From the NCBI GenBank assembly GCA_013265495.1, contig MU061578.1:1373308-1437307 (forward strand): 64,000 nucleotides of DNA, in the 5' to 3' direction. Below the pieces are notes generated by a model. That model ran no database searches, had not been told where the DNA came from, and worked only from the letters and a program-made list of their open reading frames with translations. Positions 37,261 through 49,829 of the stretch are shown here, piece by piece (position 1 is the stretch's first letter; every line of letters starts with the position of its first letter). Position numbers and translations under genes: made by a program. The stretch comes from Vicugna vicugna (Eukaryota).

Positions 37261-38689
37261 ATATATGCTTTTATTTATTTAAAGGAAAAGATATGCTACT
37301 GAAACTATACCGTGTCTTACATATTTCCTAACTGAAACCATTCAAATAGCTAGCATCCAGATTTAATTTTTGATGCTGAAAAAAAATTGTACTTCAAGAA
37401 CATTTGAATGATGAGAGTGAAGTTCAGAAGCTTGAAGAGAGAACACAGAAGCTGCTCCTTCCCAGGCAGGTGCAGGAAGGACGCCATCCACTTTCTGGAA
37501 GGTGCAGGGGCTCTGATGTTCCTGCCATCATTTCTCCCAGAGGGTTTTGGTGCGCCTTACTACTCAAGAGTCAGCAGCGACCGACAGCATTTGTGAGTTC
37601 TGAGAGGAAAATGAGCTCTGGAACTGTGGGCGGACAGCTTGCAGGAGATGGGGCCCATGGTAAGACCTGCCTCGTGGGCCTGAGTTTAGACAGCCCAGAA
37701 AACCATCAAGAACTATGGAATTACTGACTCTACATTTCCAAGAATACTCTGATGGTTCTACCTTCCAGCAAACAAAAAGGGGGAAAAAAACGCTGGAAAA
37801 CAAGGCGTCAACTAAAACACCTTGTGGCTGCCTTTTGTCCCTTTCAGTGTGCCTAGGATATTTCAAGTGGATCCCTGTCCAACACTCTCGAAAGAAATAC
37901 ATTCTTTGCTTCATAAAAACATTAGTAGGTAAACTAAATCTCATCTCCTCCTTTAATCTCACAAGGGATTCTCACCAGAAGCTCTGTTTTATGGTCAAAA
38001 TTGTATCAGTAAATTATTATAATTAGACACTATAATGATGATCATGTGAAGGAATGGAGGAAAGAACACGGGAATCCACAAGTGCAGGAACTGACGAATG
38101 AATGAATGCACGAATCAATCAATCAATCAGTGTCAAAGATGACACTATTTCTTCTCATAGCCTAAATTTGGCATTTTATTTTTAGAACTGACTTCCAATG
38201 TATTCCATATGACTAATAGATTGACAACGCTTTATTTTAAAGAAAGAAAGCATTCTTTTTCTTCTGGCATTTCCAGTGACTTGCGGTGCTTCTATGCACC
38301 TTAACTGACAAAATGGTGCTTGATTATTTTAATGAAAAAGAAACTCAGCAAGGAGCAAACAGGTCATTTCAATGGTCCTGACAGATGTTTTCATTTTTAG
38401 GTCAGGTGGTAGGCTCATGGACTTTTGTCTGACTGTGCTTCCCAGGGTCCATATTTGTTACAAATATTCTTTGGTTTAAAACAAAATATTGCATACATTA
38501 AAAAAAAAGGCAGCAGGAATGACATGTATTAAAGTAAAGGTTTATAATAAAAAAAAACCGAAGGCCAAGAAATCTAGAGACTTGAGGGAGGAAGGAATTT
38601 CCCAGAATACCCAGTAAGCGTGGACAGTGCCTATGTGGGTTGACATAACTGTGCACTCTAAACCCAAATGTTTCAACTGCTTAATTTTC

Positions 38690-39260
38690 TCTTGGATAGT
38701 TTGCATATTACAAGAGGAATCGTGTGCCTTCTAATATCCCAGTGAACAGCAGCTTAATTAAAAAGAAGAGAGTTTGCAAAAACACAGCCTGTGTGTCTCA
38801 CAGCTAATTGAAATAGCTACCGAGCTTCCCCACTCCCCCCCACCCCGCCTCAAAAGACAAGTTCAATATCGTGCAAATACCAGCAGGGCTGGCATTTCAG
38901 TGTTCTCAGGTACCCTCCTTGTCGGTCTGATTAAAATTTCACTTGGCCTTTCTGTCCATAATAAAAGAAACCTATTTGTGCCCAGAGCTGTTCGGCAGAC
39001 AGCAGACGCATGTTAAATTTCAGGGCGTTAATATTGAGTCCGTCGACGGCTGAGCGGCGCTGCCGCTGAGAACGCCTCATCGGACTTTCTGCAGGGTCCG
39101 AGTCAGTGGGGCTAATGACGGCACGTGGGGTAATCATTTTCAGACACCGGCAGCTGTGTCTGAAAATGATGGATACACCCCACCCTTATTTTTCCCCCTT
39201 AAAAATGAGGGCTCACTATCTTGCACGGTATTCAATAATGAACGCTTTATGGGCAAGTGG
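38690..39260. promoter_or_regulatory. putative conserved enhancer with CpG-rich core
   Basis: Repeat-free; cttaattaa, gctaattg, ccataataaa, gctaatga; 14 CpGs in 38991-39130; CACGTG at 39122-39127. Confidence 0.5.
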
Positions 39261-39469
39261 CTCCTTGGCATAATTTTCAGAACTGGGTTGGAGCACCCAG
39301 GAGAATTGAGAGTTGAGCCTTCTGGTATACCCTGTTTCAAAGTGTGTCCACATGTGTACGTCTCTAACTGAGAGCAACTAAAGGGGCAAAACAAACATAT
39401 TACTACCACTCCTACGACTACTGCGAACAATAATGACAGCAGGATTGGAACAATGATAATTAAGCATTA

Positions 39470-39680
39470 ACAAACATTTAAAGATAACTAATATTTAATG
39501 GCTTGCACAACGCCAAGATCACTGATCTGCATATGATTTAATTAAAATTATTCTTCTTCCCAATTTTCCATGAGGCAAGTGTGGCTTAGACAGATTGAAT
39601 GACTTGCCCAAGATTGTACAAAATTGTCCCCAGGCAGTCTGAGTCCAGTGTTTGCATTCTGCACCATTTCTGTACTGTCT
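39470..39680 (-). mobile_element. MIR SINE
   Basis: ggcttagacagattgaatgacttgcccaagatt...caggcagtctgagtccag. Confidence 0.7.
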
Positions 39681-41179
39681 CCTAATGAATGAGTACTGCT
39701 TAACACATGGCTATTCTGATGGCTCTTACTAGCGTTTACCCATGTGTACTTCTCCTGTCATTCCTGGTCACTCAGAAGGTGCTTGTCTTTGGGTGAGGCA
39801 GGATGACTAGTTCTGGCCAGGAGACTAAGAGAACCAAAGTGCAGCCCTCTGATTCCTTCTTCCCCTGCAGACTCACCCCGGGCTGTGTAGCTACAAGACA
39901 GAAGCAGCCTGGATCCCGAGACACATCCTGGAAGAGGCCTGCAGCACACTTAATCTGAGTGCGGGATACACTTGAGGGTGTTAGAACATTGAGATGAATG
40001 GTTTGTATGTTACCTAGTGCAACCTCACCTGACTGTATAGTTATTTGCAGGCAGAAAGCCAGTTTTCCCAAAGAACTTCAAATTGCATTGTCTGCAGACT
40101 ACAGGATTCCAACTTCAGCACTGCTCTGGCAGAGGCGAACTGAGATCTATCATTTACAACCCATCCGTATCTGATCCTGGCTTACTCTAAAAAGAAGAGG
40201 AGTGCCCATCTGCGACCAGCCAGGTGGGTCCTCTGGCCATCCATCTAGTCATCTTTCCAGCCTTCTATGATTACAGAGGGTTTCATGTGTGCCGGGCTCT
40301 CTGCTCAGCAGTGGGGATTCAACCACAAGGGCATGAGAGAGAAACAGCGCCTGCTTTCAACACCCTCATAGTTTAATGACAGAGACAATGTGGTTCAGCA
40401 CTGAGTTCTTTGCATAGTGGGACTGCATGATTTTCACTTGCTTTTTCTTTTAATCTGTCATTTCTGAATGCTTCGCAATGAACGAATGTTATATTTTTAA
40501 TAAGAAAACAAACACACAGAGCTGCATTACAGTAGTCGATGAGCTATCACAGAAGGCTGCTCAGGGTAAATTAGGGACACAGGAGAGAAACAGCCTGTCA
40601 CATCTGGAAGAGGGTGAGAGGAAGGCTGGAGGAGACGTCCCTTAAGCCACATCCTGAAAGATGATCTGATTTCCCCAGAAACAAAAGGTTCCTGTTTTGA
40701 GGTGCCATTCTAAGTCGCATAGAAGGAAGATCTGAAATGATATGGAAGTCAAGCTACCTCTGAAAAGAGTGAAGCAGAATCCTCAAACAAATCATGAGCT
40801 TGTTGGGAGATGTGACAAAACAAGGTTAAAACACTATGGGGTTTCTGGTCGCCTCTGTTACTGTGGATTTTAGTTCCTAACTTCAAACGCAGCTGGCTTT
40901 CTCTTTGGAGCCTAATTCAACTGCCACGGTGAAATCCTTAACTGTTTCATTGTTTGCAAAACAGATTCTAAGGAGTGGCTGGGAAGGCAGAACTGGGGAG
41001 AAACTTCTCCTTTTCCAGAATTCATGAGAAAAAAATAATTGTCCAATATCCTTAGTAAGGTTTTACCAAGTAAAGGAGTTCGGCCATTAAACATTGTAAA
41101 TTGTAGGCAAAGGATCGGCGGATTGCTCACATTTCTACGGAGGGTGTTCACTGGCAGAGTTTGGCTAGCTGTTTGTCAG

Positions 41180-41530
41180 CTGGCTTCTTTCCCCTCCAGT
41201 ATTTCCCAGCTTCCCTCGCAGCCAGGTGTGACCAGGTGACCACCTGGGGCCAGTGGGGGTGCTGCTCTTCATCATGTTAGGCTTGGCCCAGGTGGTCCTC
41301 CCTGTCCTTGGCAACCGTCATGGCCGAGCCACAGATGGACGGAGCCCAGGTCCCTGCATCACTTCGTGAAGGACAGCTGCGCATCCATCAGGAACACCCA
41401 TTTGGGGGCTGCCAGGTAAGAAGACCTGGCAGGGACTTTTAGGAACAAGACAACTTTCAGAAAGACCTAAAGGTTGAACAGTGGCGTTAAGGCCACAGAT
41501 ATTTGGGCATTTGTTACTAAAGCCAGTCAT
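41180..41530 (+). mobile_element. old ERVL-type LTR (LTR16/LTR33-like)
   Basis: tttcccagcttccctcgcagccaggtgtgacca...gagccacagatgga...gagcccaggtccctg...gccacagatatttggg...tttgttac. Confidence 0.55.
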
Positions 41531-42014
41531 CACTTTAAAACTAGCACTCCTTCTTTTCTTGTCTTGGTTACGCGGAATAAAACACAGAAGAGTCCATGCC
41601 GACATCAAGCTTTCCTTTGGACACTGAAACTCAGAAAAGGAGCATCGCAGGTGACTGTGTTTGCAGAGGTTGGCCCATGATACTTGCTGACAGAGCTGTC
41701 TTTACATGAGAGGCTGAGCATTTGAAGTCAATCGGCCAAAATGAAATTTGGCTTCTGGGTGAACAGAACCATAGAGATCAGAGAGGAAAAACCCTGTAAG
41801 ATGACTCTGGGAGTCACAGGTACCTGAGTGACATGCAACTGTGTCTTCAAACAGTCTCAGGTAAGGAAAGAGGACACCTGACTTTAGATAATGTTGAGAA
41901 TGATCAACTTCTCCCTTTGTCTCGCATCCCCAGACTAAGAGAAGACTTTAGGTTTTGGCCAGGTTTCATATGCAACCAAACTGCCTCCTACCGATCTCTC
42001 CTGATCATCAAGAC

Positions 42015-43120
42015 ATTCATTCAGTTACCGTCCTTATGTAACAGACAGTTACTAAGCACTTGCTTTGTGTCGGCAATGCCCCCAGGCACCCTTTCTCTCT
42101 TCCTCTCCCAAACAAGTCTGCCCACTACAGCCAAAGAGTTCTTATTAAAATATTTATAGGGTCACGTTCCTGCAATCCTTTAAATCCCTCCAATGGCTTC
42201 TCAACGTCCAAAGTCTCTCCTTGCCTCCAAGGCTGACTTCTCGGCCCCTCCTCACACCACCATTCCCTCACTCCCTCATCTGTCAACTCACTGAACGTGC
42301 CAAGCTCTTTGTCTTCTCAGGCTGTGCGTATGCCGTTGCCTTGGTCTGCACCACTGCAGACCTCCTCCTCTTCCTCCTCCCTCTCCCTGTTCTAATCCTA
42401 CAAGCCCACCAGCTTATAAATGTCCATCCTTCACAGAGGTCTCCCCTGCACCCTCCATCAAAATGAGGTCTTTCTGTTAGAATTTTCTGTAGCATCTGGT
42501 GTTTGCCTTTTTGTCATACTTGTCATGGCTGGCAGCTGGATCCATCAACAGCTGACGCTAATGCTCAGTTAGAGGTACTGGTGGTAAAACAGGAGGAAGT
42601 CAAAACTCCTGCCCCGATGACACTTAGCTGCTCAGGGGAGAGACAGACAACACGTTTGTAAATAAGCAAGATACTGACAGATCCATTGAGTGCAGTGAAG
42701 GAACTAATCATGGTGACTGGTGGGGCGTAATCGGGCAGAGTGCCACTCCAAGTGAGGCAGGCAAGGAGGGTGAATACTTTTTGAAGGGTGAGGAGGAGAC
42801 AGCTGTGGGAAGAGCCTTCCAGGACTAGAGGAGTGAGTGCAAAGGCCCTGGGGTACAAAATGGCTTAAATTATTCCAATAAGAGAAAGGAGGCGGGTATG
42901 CCTAGCACATGGTGGGGAGGTGGTAAGCATGACGGTGAGGAAGTAAGCAGGAACCACATCAGATTTGTGTGACTAGATATTGAGTATCTCTGTTCCCCGG
43001 AGACTGAAAGCCCTGAGGGCTAGAGGTACAGGGACACTCGTGTGCCCATCACTCCGCGGCGCCTAGTACAGGAGTTGACACACAGTTGGGACGCTAATTA
43101 TGTAATGAATCCATGAATGA
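42015..43120. mobile_element. cluster of L2 fragments in both orientations
   Basis: ccctccaatggcttctca (+); gagtgcaaaggccctgggg (-); gcctagtacagg...tgaatccatgaatgaa (+ tail). Confidence 0.65.
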
Positions 43121-43369
43121 ACACAGCAGCTGGGCTGGGACACTTGGCAGATCCACACAGGTAAGAACAGTTCCCCGTGAAGGAAAAGAGCACGTGGAGA
43201 AACTTAAGTTTTAGTTGGTAAACTAATAACGGCAGAGAGGAGGCAGGAAGGGACAGAGGTAAATAACCTGGAAATTTCCACTTCCATCTGCGGTTGCTCT
43301 AAGCACCCAACGCCTGAGACCCCAGGACATTTGTACTCAGCAAGAGGCATAAAATTAGGCACCATCTCT

Positions 43370-44400
43370 AGATAATACCCAATGGGTCTTACATTTCATT
43401 TCAGTCAACCACTGCTGGGTTTTGGCACCGTTTTCGTCGCACATATGACTAATGCAGACACCTTAGTCACTATTAAGCAGCGATCTGGGGAAATTATCTA
43501 CTTCCAATAATCCATTTCTCTAATTTAGAACACTCTGAAACCGTATAATGAATAACACTGTCGCCAACTCTCCGGTAATGACATATGACATATGTCTGCG
43601 ATTGCTCTTTTCCAGATAAATCCCACTGTGTTGTTTCCCTCAGAAATTCCGACTTATTTATTCACTTGGGCTTCTCGCACACAAATACAGTAGATTCATT
43701 TTTTTGGATATGAGTTTAGGAACAAAGTCGAATCCCTGGCTTTGAAAGGGCAGGGAAAAGTTTCGCTGTTGCGTAATAAACAGCGTTACGTTTTGTCTAC
43801 AAATGGTTGATCACTGTGCAATTATATTCTTAAGTGCAGGCGGTCAATTAATTCCAAAGTGCCTTATTTAATTAGTGACACCAGTCAGTATATTCCCATT
43901 AGCAATATCTTCCCGTTTTTGCAAAAGCAATTTTATTCCACCCTCTATTAAAGAGGGCTCAGCTCCCTTTTAGAAATCAGACATCGATTTTCCTATTCCC
44001 TTCACGGCATAAATAATGCTCCCTTGATATTCACAGCTGGGATGATCATAAAAATCCCCTAAGATCGGGGTTTTGTCATGCAATAGCCCCTCTTTCCAAA
44101 AGATGTGGAAATGTAATGAAAATGTTGCCCAAAGAACCAGCTCTTTTCGAACCCGAGAGATGAACAAAGAGGATAAAAGTTATATAAAAAAAATAGAACC
44201 AAGTTGCTAGCAATCATCTTTGTATTAAAAAATGTTTAATAGCCTTCCATTTGATGACACTCTTCACAACCCCGACTCTGGGTGAAAAATTATTTCCCTG
44301 AGTTAGTCAGATAATTGTATTACATCCTCACTCAGGATGTAATGATAAGAAGGGGGAAATCTCTTGTAACCGATGAAGGAATTATCTGGGGCCAAGTAAA
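43370..44400. promoter_or_regulatory. putative long conserved non-coding element
   Basis: About 1 kb repeat-free; three CATATG E-boxes, gtcaattaatt, atttaattag, gcgtaataaa, retained CpGs. Confidence 0.5.
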
Positions 44401-45144
44401 CAGTATCTTAAAGATGTTCGGTTAGAGGGTTTTTGTAGTATAATTATATGGTTAAAGATGCTTCAGGGTATTTCTACATTATGCTTAAGATACTAGAACT
44501 GAAACATATTAACTCAGAAGCATCTAGAAAGTATGTATCATTCAGCGAGACCTTGGGAGAAAGTATGGAGATCAAGAAAAGGAAGTCTGAATGTTTACAT
44601 CTCAGACCTTAAGACTCAGGTGAGCTCCGAATCCAGCTAAATTTTGATGACGTTAAGCCAAGGTTTTAATTTAGGTCAGACTAAACTGTGCCTGCTCCTC
44701 TCGCATCCCCCGCCCCTAACGATGCTAATGGAATTACGTGTAAGACTCCTGCAAATAAAACAAAGCTTAATGAAGCTGGAGTGTTGTGGCTCTGTCCAGC
44801 TCTGCCTTGACCTTGAGCTGGAGGTAACATCTGACTAGAGGACCAAGGGTAAGATGAACTGGGGAAAAGGTTTGGGCAAATCAAAGGTCTGTATGGCATC
44901 CATGTTTGGAGAATTTCTTAGATACAGCAATTAGATAAAATAACCACGGATCCACAATATACTGTCATAATTCCCACTTTCACTGGCTGTGACCAACCTG
45001 ACGGCTTTTGCAAGTGGCCTGGGTGTTCCGTGGCCACAGCACTTTGTACGTCGATTACTCTCCCTGCCCCACCGCCATCGCAACAGAGGAGCCCAGCCTC
45101 CCAAAATTACTTGAAAAGGAAGGGCAGGAAGCCAGCAGAAAGGA

Positions 45145-45355
45145 GGCTTTCTCAACCTCTGAATTTAGAACTGGATGATTCTCCATTGTCTTACGTGCTC
45201 TGGGATGCTTAACCGAACCCCTGGCCTCCATCCATTGGATGCCCACTGGCACCAGCCTCCCCCCACAGTGTAACAGAACAGCACGCCTCCACACGTAGAT
45301 TGCCACATGTCCCCTGGGTGAGGGTGGGGGAGTCATGTTGGTTGAGAACCACTGG
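45145..45355 (-). mobile_element. MER20 DNA transposon
   Basis: tttctcaacctc...ccctggcctccatccattggatgcc...attgccacatgtcccctggg...ggttgagaaccactg. Confidence 0.85.
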
Positions 45356-45807
45356 CATTAGAAGATGGTTTTATGCTGTCTGAGTTCCTAAGGTCTTCCT
45401 CCAAGGTTTCCGTGATGTTTTTCTTTATTGATCTATTATTACATCTTTGTCAGTTATTAAAATTCAGCTCTAAACAAGAAAAATAAAAAGGAGTGACCGT
45501 TCCCCCTCATCAACCTTTGTTCTAGGAACTAAGCGAGAGGAACAGCTGTGCGTCATTTCAGACCTTCCCGGCCGTGCACGTGGGAACACACACAGTCTCT
45601 CCGGAGGCACCTGGGTCTACACACGTTTTAAGAAAATACATTTATAGGATGCACAGGATTATGCCAGTATCTGTTTTCATTTTGCACAGAGTACTTACAC
45701 TTTTCCATACTAGGACTCATAAATTAATCTTATTCTTTTTAATGGTTGAGTAGTGTTTCACTTTCTGGATGAGCCAAAATCTACCTAAGCGAGCTATTGA
45801 TAGACTT

Positions 45808-45980
45808 TGTGTGTGTGTGTGTGTGTGTATATGTATATATATGTATGTATACATGTAATACACATACAGACACACATACACTTTAAAATGCATAGATTAG
45901 TATATAATATAATATACTTTTTTGAGTGTATATACATATGTATATTTTTGTATACATACCATATATATATATACACACAC
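45808..45980. repeat. (TG)n/(TA)n/(CA)n compound microsatellite within an old L1 fragment
   Basis: Directly visible; flanks ttcttttta...gagtagtgtttca and aattcctagaagtggga are L1M-like. Confidence 0.9.
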
Positions 45981-46409
45981 TACAAAAAACTACACTGAAT
46001 TTACTTCCTTACATATCCTTGTTCCCTTGAGTGTATATTTGTATTTATTTAGATTAAATTCCTAGAAGTGGGACTTCTCAGGTTTCTCTTTCTTCAATGT
46101 TATTTTTTTATTACGTTTTATTAATTCCCTTGCAAATGCTTTCCCTTTTGGGGTCAAATGGCACATCTAGCCTTTCTTTGGTTTCTTGAGAGTTCTCACC
46201 ATCCATTCATTAGACAGTCAGAAACAGGGACTCCGCAAGGAGCAAGGGACAGGGCTAGGGTCCCGTCTGTGAGTTGCCAGTCTCCCTCCCTCAGCCCCAG
46301 TTCTCGCTGGCGCCTGTCCCATGCCGCCTGCACCTTGTCTTCTTCTCTGCTGGGACTTTGGGTCTGCAGGGCCTAGAGCATTTTGCCCACTTTTCCCAGA
46401 GTCTGCGGT

Positions 46410-46980
46410 GTGCCAGTATCATGCTAAGTGCTGGGAAGAACTGAAGACCACAAAGCAGACAGGATTTGCCCCCAAAGGAGCATACGGTTTAGTGATTTAA
46501 CAAAGGCATTAATCAAAATTGCTTAGAAATATATGTAAAATTACAACTGGAATTGCGGCTGCCCAGGAGAGGAGCCCCATGTTCCATGAGGGATATCAGC
46601 GCGGCCTGACACAGTCTGAGGTTTGGGGGCAGGTGTTCCAAAAGAAAGGAAAGTTCACGTGGCTCCAGGGACGAGGGAAGCATTAACCAGGGGAGGGTGA
46701 TGGAGGCGGTGAGACCCAGGTGCGGGCTCCGCCTAGGCAGACGCCCGCTGGTGGAAGAGGAGGTGGCCTGTGCACATCAGAAGGGATCTCAGGGCAGATG
46801 GAGGATAAGAAGTCAGGTGGCTTGTAGAGGAGGGTGAGGATGGGAGCAGGATGCTCTGAGCCCTGCAGGCTGAGAGTCAGGCTTGGCAACCCTGAGAGAG
46901 GTGCCGGGTTTGGGGAAAGTGCTGGAGAGCAGGGAGTGACACGGTCATTTCTGAGCTTCGAATGGATCACCCTGCTGAAG
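46410..46980 (-). mobile_element. L2 fragment
   Basis: tgtgccagtatcatgctaagtgctggg...ggagcatacggtttagt...ggatcaccctgctg. Confidence 0.7.
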
Positions 46981-47269
46981 TGTGATGGATAATATTCAAG
47001 AAGTCGCCAGCTGTCACCACAGGGAAGCCTCCAGGAACTGAGCAAAACTTGTCTTCCTTCCCTGTAAGCACTTCTCGTCCAGGGATAATTCTGGGTCCGA
47101 TCAAGGGCAGAACACGTTTTCCCATTTCTCCTTTAATGGATTTCCCTTCTTCATCTGTGATCACTGGCTTTTTTGGCTTGCTTTTGAGAAGAGCATTTTT
47201 CAGCCCTTTGGAGAGCATATTGAAGGGAAGAGCTTTCAGACAAAACAGGATGGAGGGAAAAAAAAAAAC

Positions 47270-47800
47270 CTGGCATCTGCTTTAATTAGCCTCTAACAAG
47301 GGAATTCATTAATTTAAAAATGTTTAAAAAAATAGTGTCCTCTTTAGAAGAGTATGATAGCTTATAATAAATAACTGGTATTAAATCGGAGGTGACCAAG
47401 AGGCTTAATAAGCATACATGAAGAAATCTTCCCATTCCAGATTCTACTTAACTCAGTGCCCAGACTGCTTTCTCCCCAGACTAAAAAAGTTAGTTCACAG
47501 CATGGCTAATCTACGGCGGTGCAATCATACTTCCACCTTATCAAACATCCCCACATATTTCCTCCAATTGCTCAAAAATGGAACATCGGAGATTTAGCTT
47601 TTATTTGGAAAATTCTTTATTCATCATACGGAAACACATCCAATTGCATTCGAGGAATTCAATTTAAAACTAATTTATCTTACATTAATGTTTAAATTCA
47701 TGAGACTCCGCATAAAGTCATTCTTGTAGTGTAATAAATTCGGAGTCAATATGATAATTATTAAAACAGAAATGAGCGTGAGAAAAATAAATCGTGGGGT
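47270..47800. promoter_or_regulatory. putative homeodomain-rich conserved element
   Basis: tttaattag, cattaattt, ctaattta, cattaatg, cataaa, gtaataaa and gataattatta in repeat-free AT-rich DNA. Confidence 0.4.
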
Positions 47801-47939
47801 CTTAGGGGGAGTTCTGTCTCGCCTGAGCTCGGAGGCTTGTAGCAAAGAGGGAGAGAGAAGAAGAAAAAAAAAAAGTCAAGAGGGAGAGGGATGAAAAAAG
47901 AGAGAGAGAGAGAGAGGTCAAGACTGCATCTGCACAACC

Positions 47940-48290
47940 AGGTATCTGATGCTCACTGTGGTCCAGGCAGTGTTCAGCGGTCTTTCCATCTCTGAGCCTC
48001 ATAACAACCAATGGGGATGGCTCTAGTGATCATAATTCCAGCTAACAATTATTGAGAACTTCCTGTATGCTAAGCAGCGTTGTACACTCTTTACAGGCAT
48101 CAGGTGGCTCAGTCCTTACACTCTGACAGGGCGAGATGACTCCTGTCCTCCCCAGGTGAGAACAAATGAGGTCGGGAGACATAAGATGACAAGATCAAGT
48201 TGGAATAAACAGTAGGTGGGGGAAGCAGGCAATGACCCCAAGGCTGGCTGGCTCTACACTCTCAACCACGATGTGGTGTTGCCCACCCCA
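47940..48290 (-). mobile_element. two adjacent MIR fragments
   Basis: gagcctcataacaacc; agctaacaattattgagaacttcctgtatgc...ctctcaaccacg. Confidence 0.65.
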
Positions 48291-48971
48291 CACGTAGAGG
48301 AGGGATAGCATTCTTGCAGATGCACCCACTCAGATCTTCAAAAGTTCAGCACCCCATGGTACAGCCAGAATCTGAATTCAGATTTGCCAGACTCCTAAGA
48401 AATCTTGCTGAAACCTCCATCAGAGAGCTCCCCCAAGATCTTCATTCCCCCTCTGGACGAAAGACCAAAGTTTCTGAGTAAGATCACACTGTTCCTGCCT
48501 CCACTGTCTGGGATTCCTCCCCACCCCACCCCCTACAACCTTCCCTTGGCTGCCAGTGTCTTCAAGATCCCCATCGCGTTTTCACTGCACTGATCGCCTT
48601 CCTCCCCCTCCCTTCTTCAGCGCCTACCGGTTTCTTTCCTGGCATTATCGATCGAGGACTTAACGCTTTCTGCAGTCATACAGTGAAATAAATACCCACG
48701 AACTGGGAAATGATACTGCAGTTTTTAAAAGGAAGAGAAAATGGAACTCAAAAAGGCTTCCAATATGGAGGTATCTGGACTTTCATTATGAAAAGAGACT
48801 GTTTCAGAAGAAGGGTTTCTTGCCTCTTCTCAGCTTGCTTGTTCTAAGCACCTGTCCCTTTTTCCTATCATTCCTTTTCCTCTCCCTTTCCAAATCACCT
48901 CCCCCAAATGCCCAGTCATCTCTGCCTTTTCCACTGATTCTCGCAGTGTATGTATTTTAAAACATCAGGAA

Positions 48972-49187
48972 CAGTGGTCTTCCACGGGGAGGATGTTGCC
49001 CCCAGGGGACATTTGGCAAAGCCTGGAGACATTTTTGGTGGTCAGAGCAGGACGGCAGAGGCGGTGCAACTGGGAGCTAGTGAGTAGAGGCCAGGAATGC
49101 TGTGAACCACTGTGCAATACATACAGCAGTCTCTGCCCTCAACAGAAAAGTTTCTGACCCAAAATGTCAAATGTGCAGAACCTCTGA
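48972..49187 (+). mobile_element. MER20 DNA transposon
   Basis: cagtggtc...gcccccaggggacatttggcaa...ggagacatttttgg...gtagaggccaggaatgctg...cccaaaatgtcaa. Confidence 0.9.
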
Positions 49188-49829
49188 TCAGGAAGACACA
49201 CTCATGCTGTTGACAGTGATTGCCTGCAGGAAGGAGATGGGGACAAGCGGACAGTATGGCTTTTTAATTCTTTCCCTTATGAACTGCTAACAGGTTTTCT
49301 TTTCAACCCACACAGATTATTTTTGAAACCTTAGGACAAAACTAAGAATAAGTATTTTCATTGTTTTTAAGCTTTCTCTTTAGGAAAAGGTAAAAAAAAA
49401 AGTTTACGTGATTTTTTTAAAGGAAGGAAAAACAAACAGTAAATATAAGAAAGATTATTTTTAAGGGACTGGGTGATGAATCCAAAGCAGTAAGTCCTGT
49501 GACAGGGAACTGATCAGTTGACTCCTCTCTGCACTGCGTTGACAAAAGAGGACAATTTTAACTCACAGACTTTTATTGTTATTTAGTACGAGAGTGATTA
49601 AGAAAAAATAAGGGAGATGTGCTTAGCATATGAATGAGAAAAATGAAATCTGGAATTTACTGCCAATCGCCACTTTGTGTTCAAAACAAAGTGACATCCT
49701 GAGTTGTCGCCTGGTTGGTCAGGCGACTATTTCCGTTCTTGAAATTTCACTTCACCAGTCTGTGACTCGAAAATGTACAGTGGAGAAAAAGATGTGGGAA
49801 GCCTCAGGAAAGAGAACTGTGCAGGCCAG

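Noticed and set aside
38385..38406. ttttcatttttAG|GTCAGG as a recursive splice site
   Set aside because: Reconstituted donor is weak and the motif is common by chance
46967..47232. Lys-rich 83-aa minus-strand ORF preceded by a pyrimidine tract
   Set aside because: Weak AAG acceptor, no convincing donor, no recognisable homology
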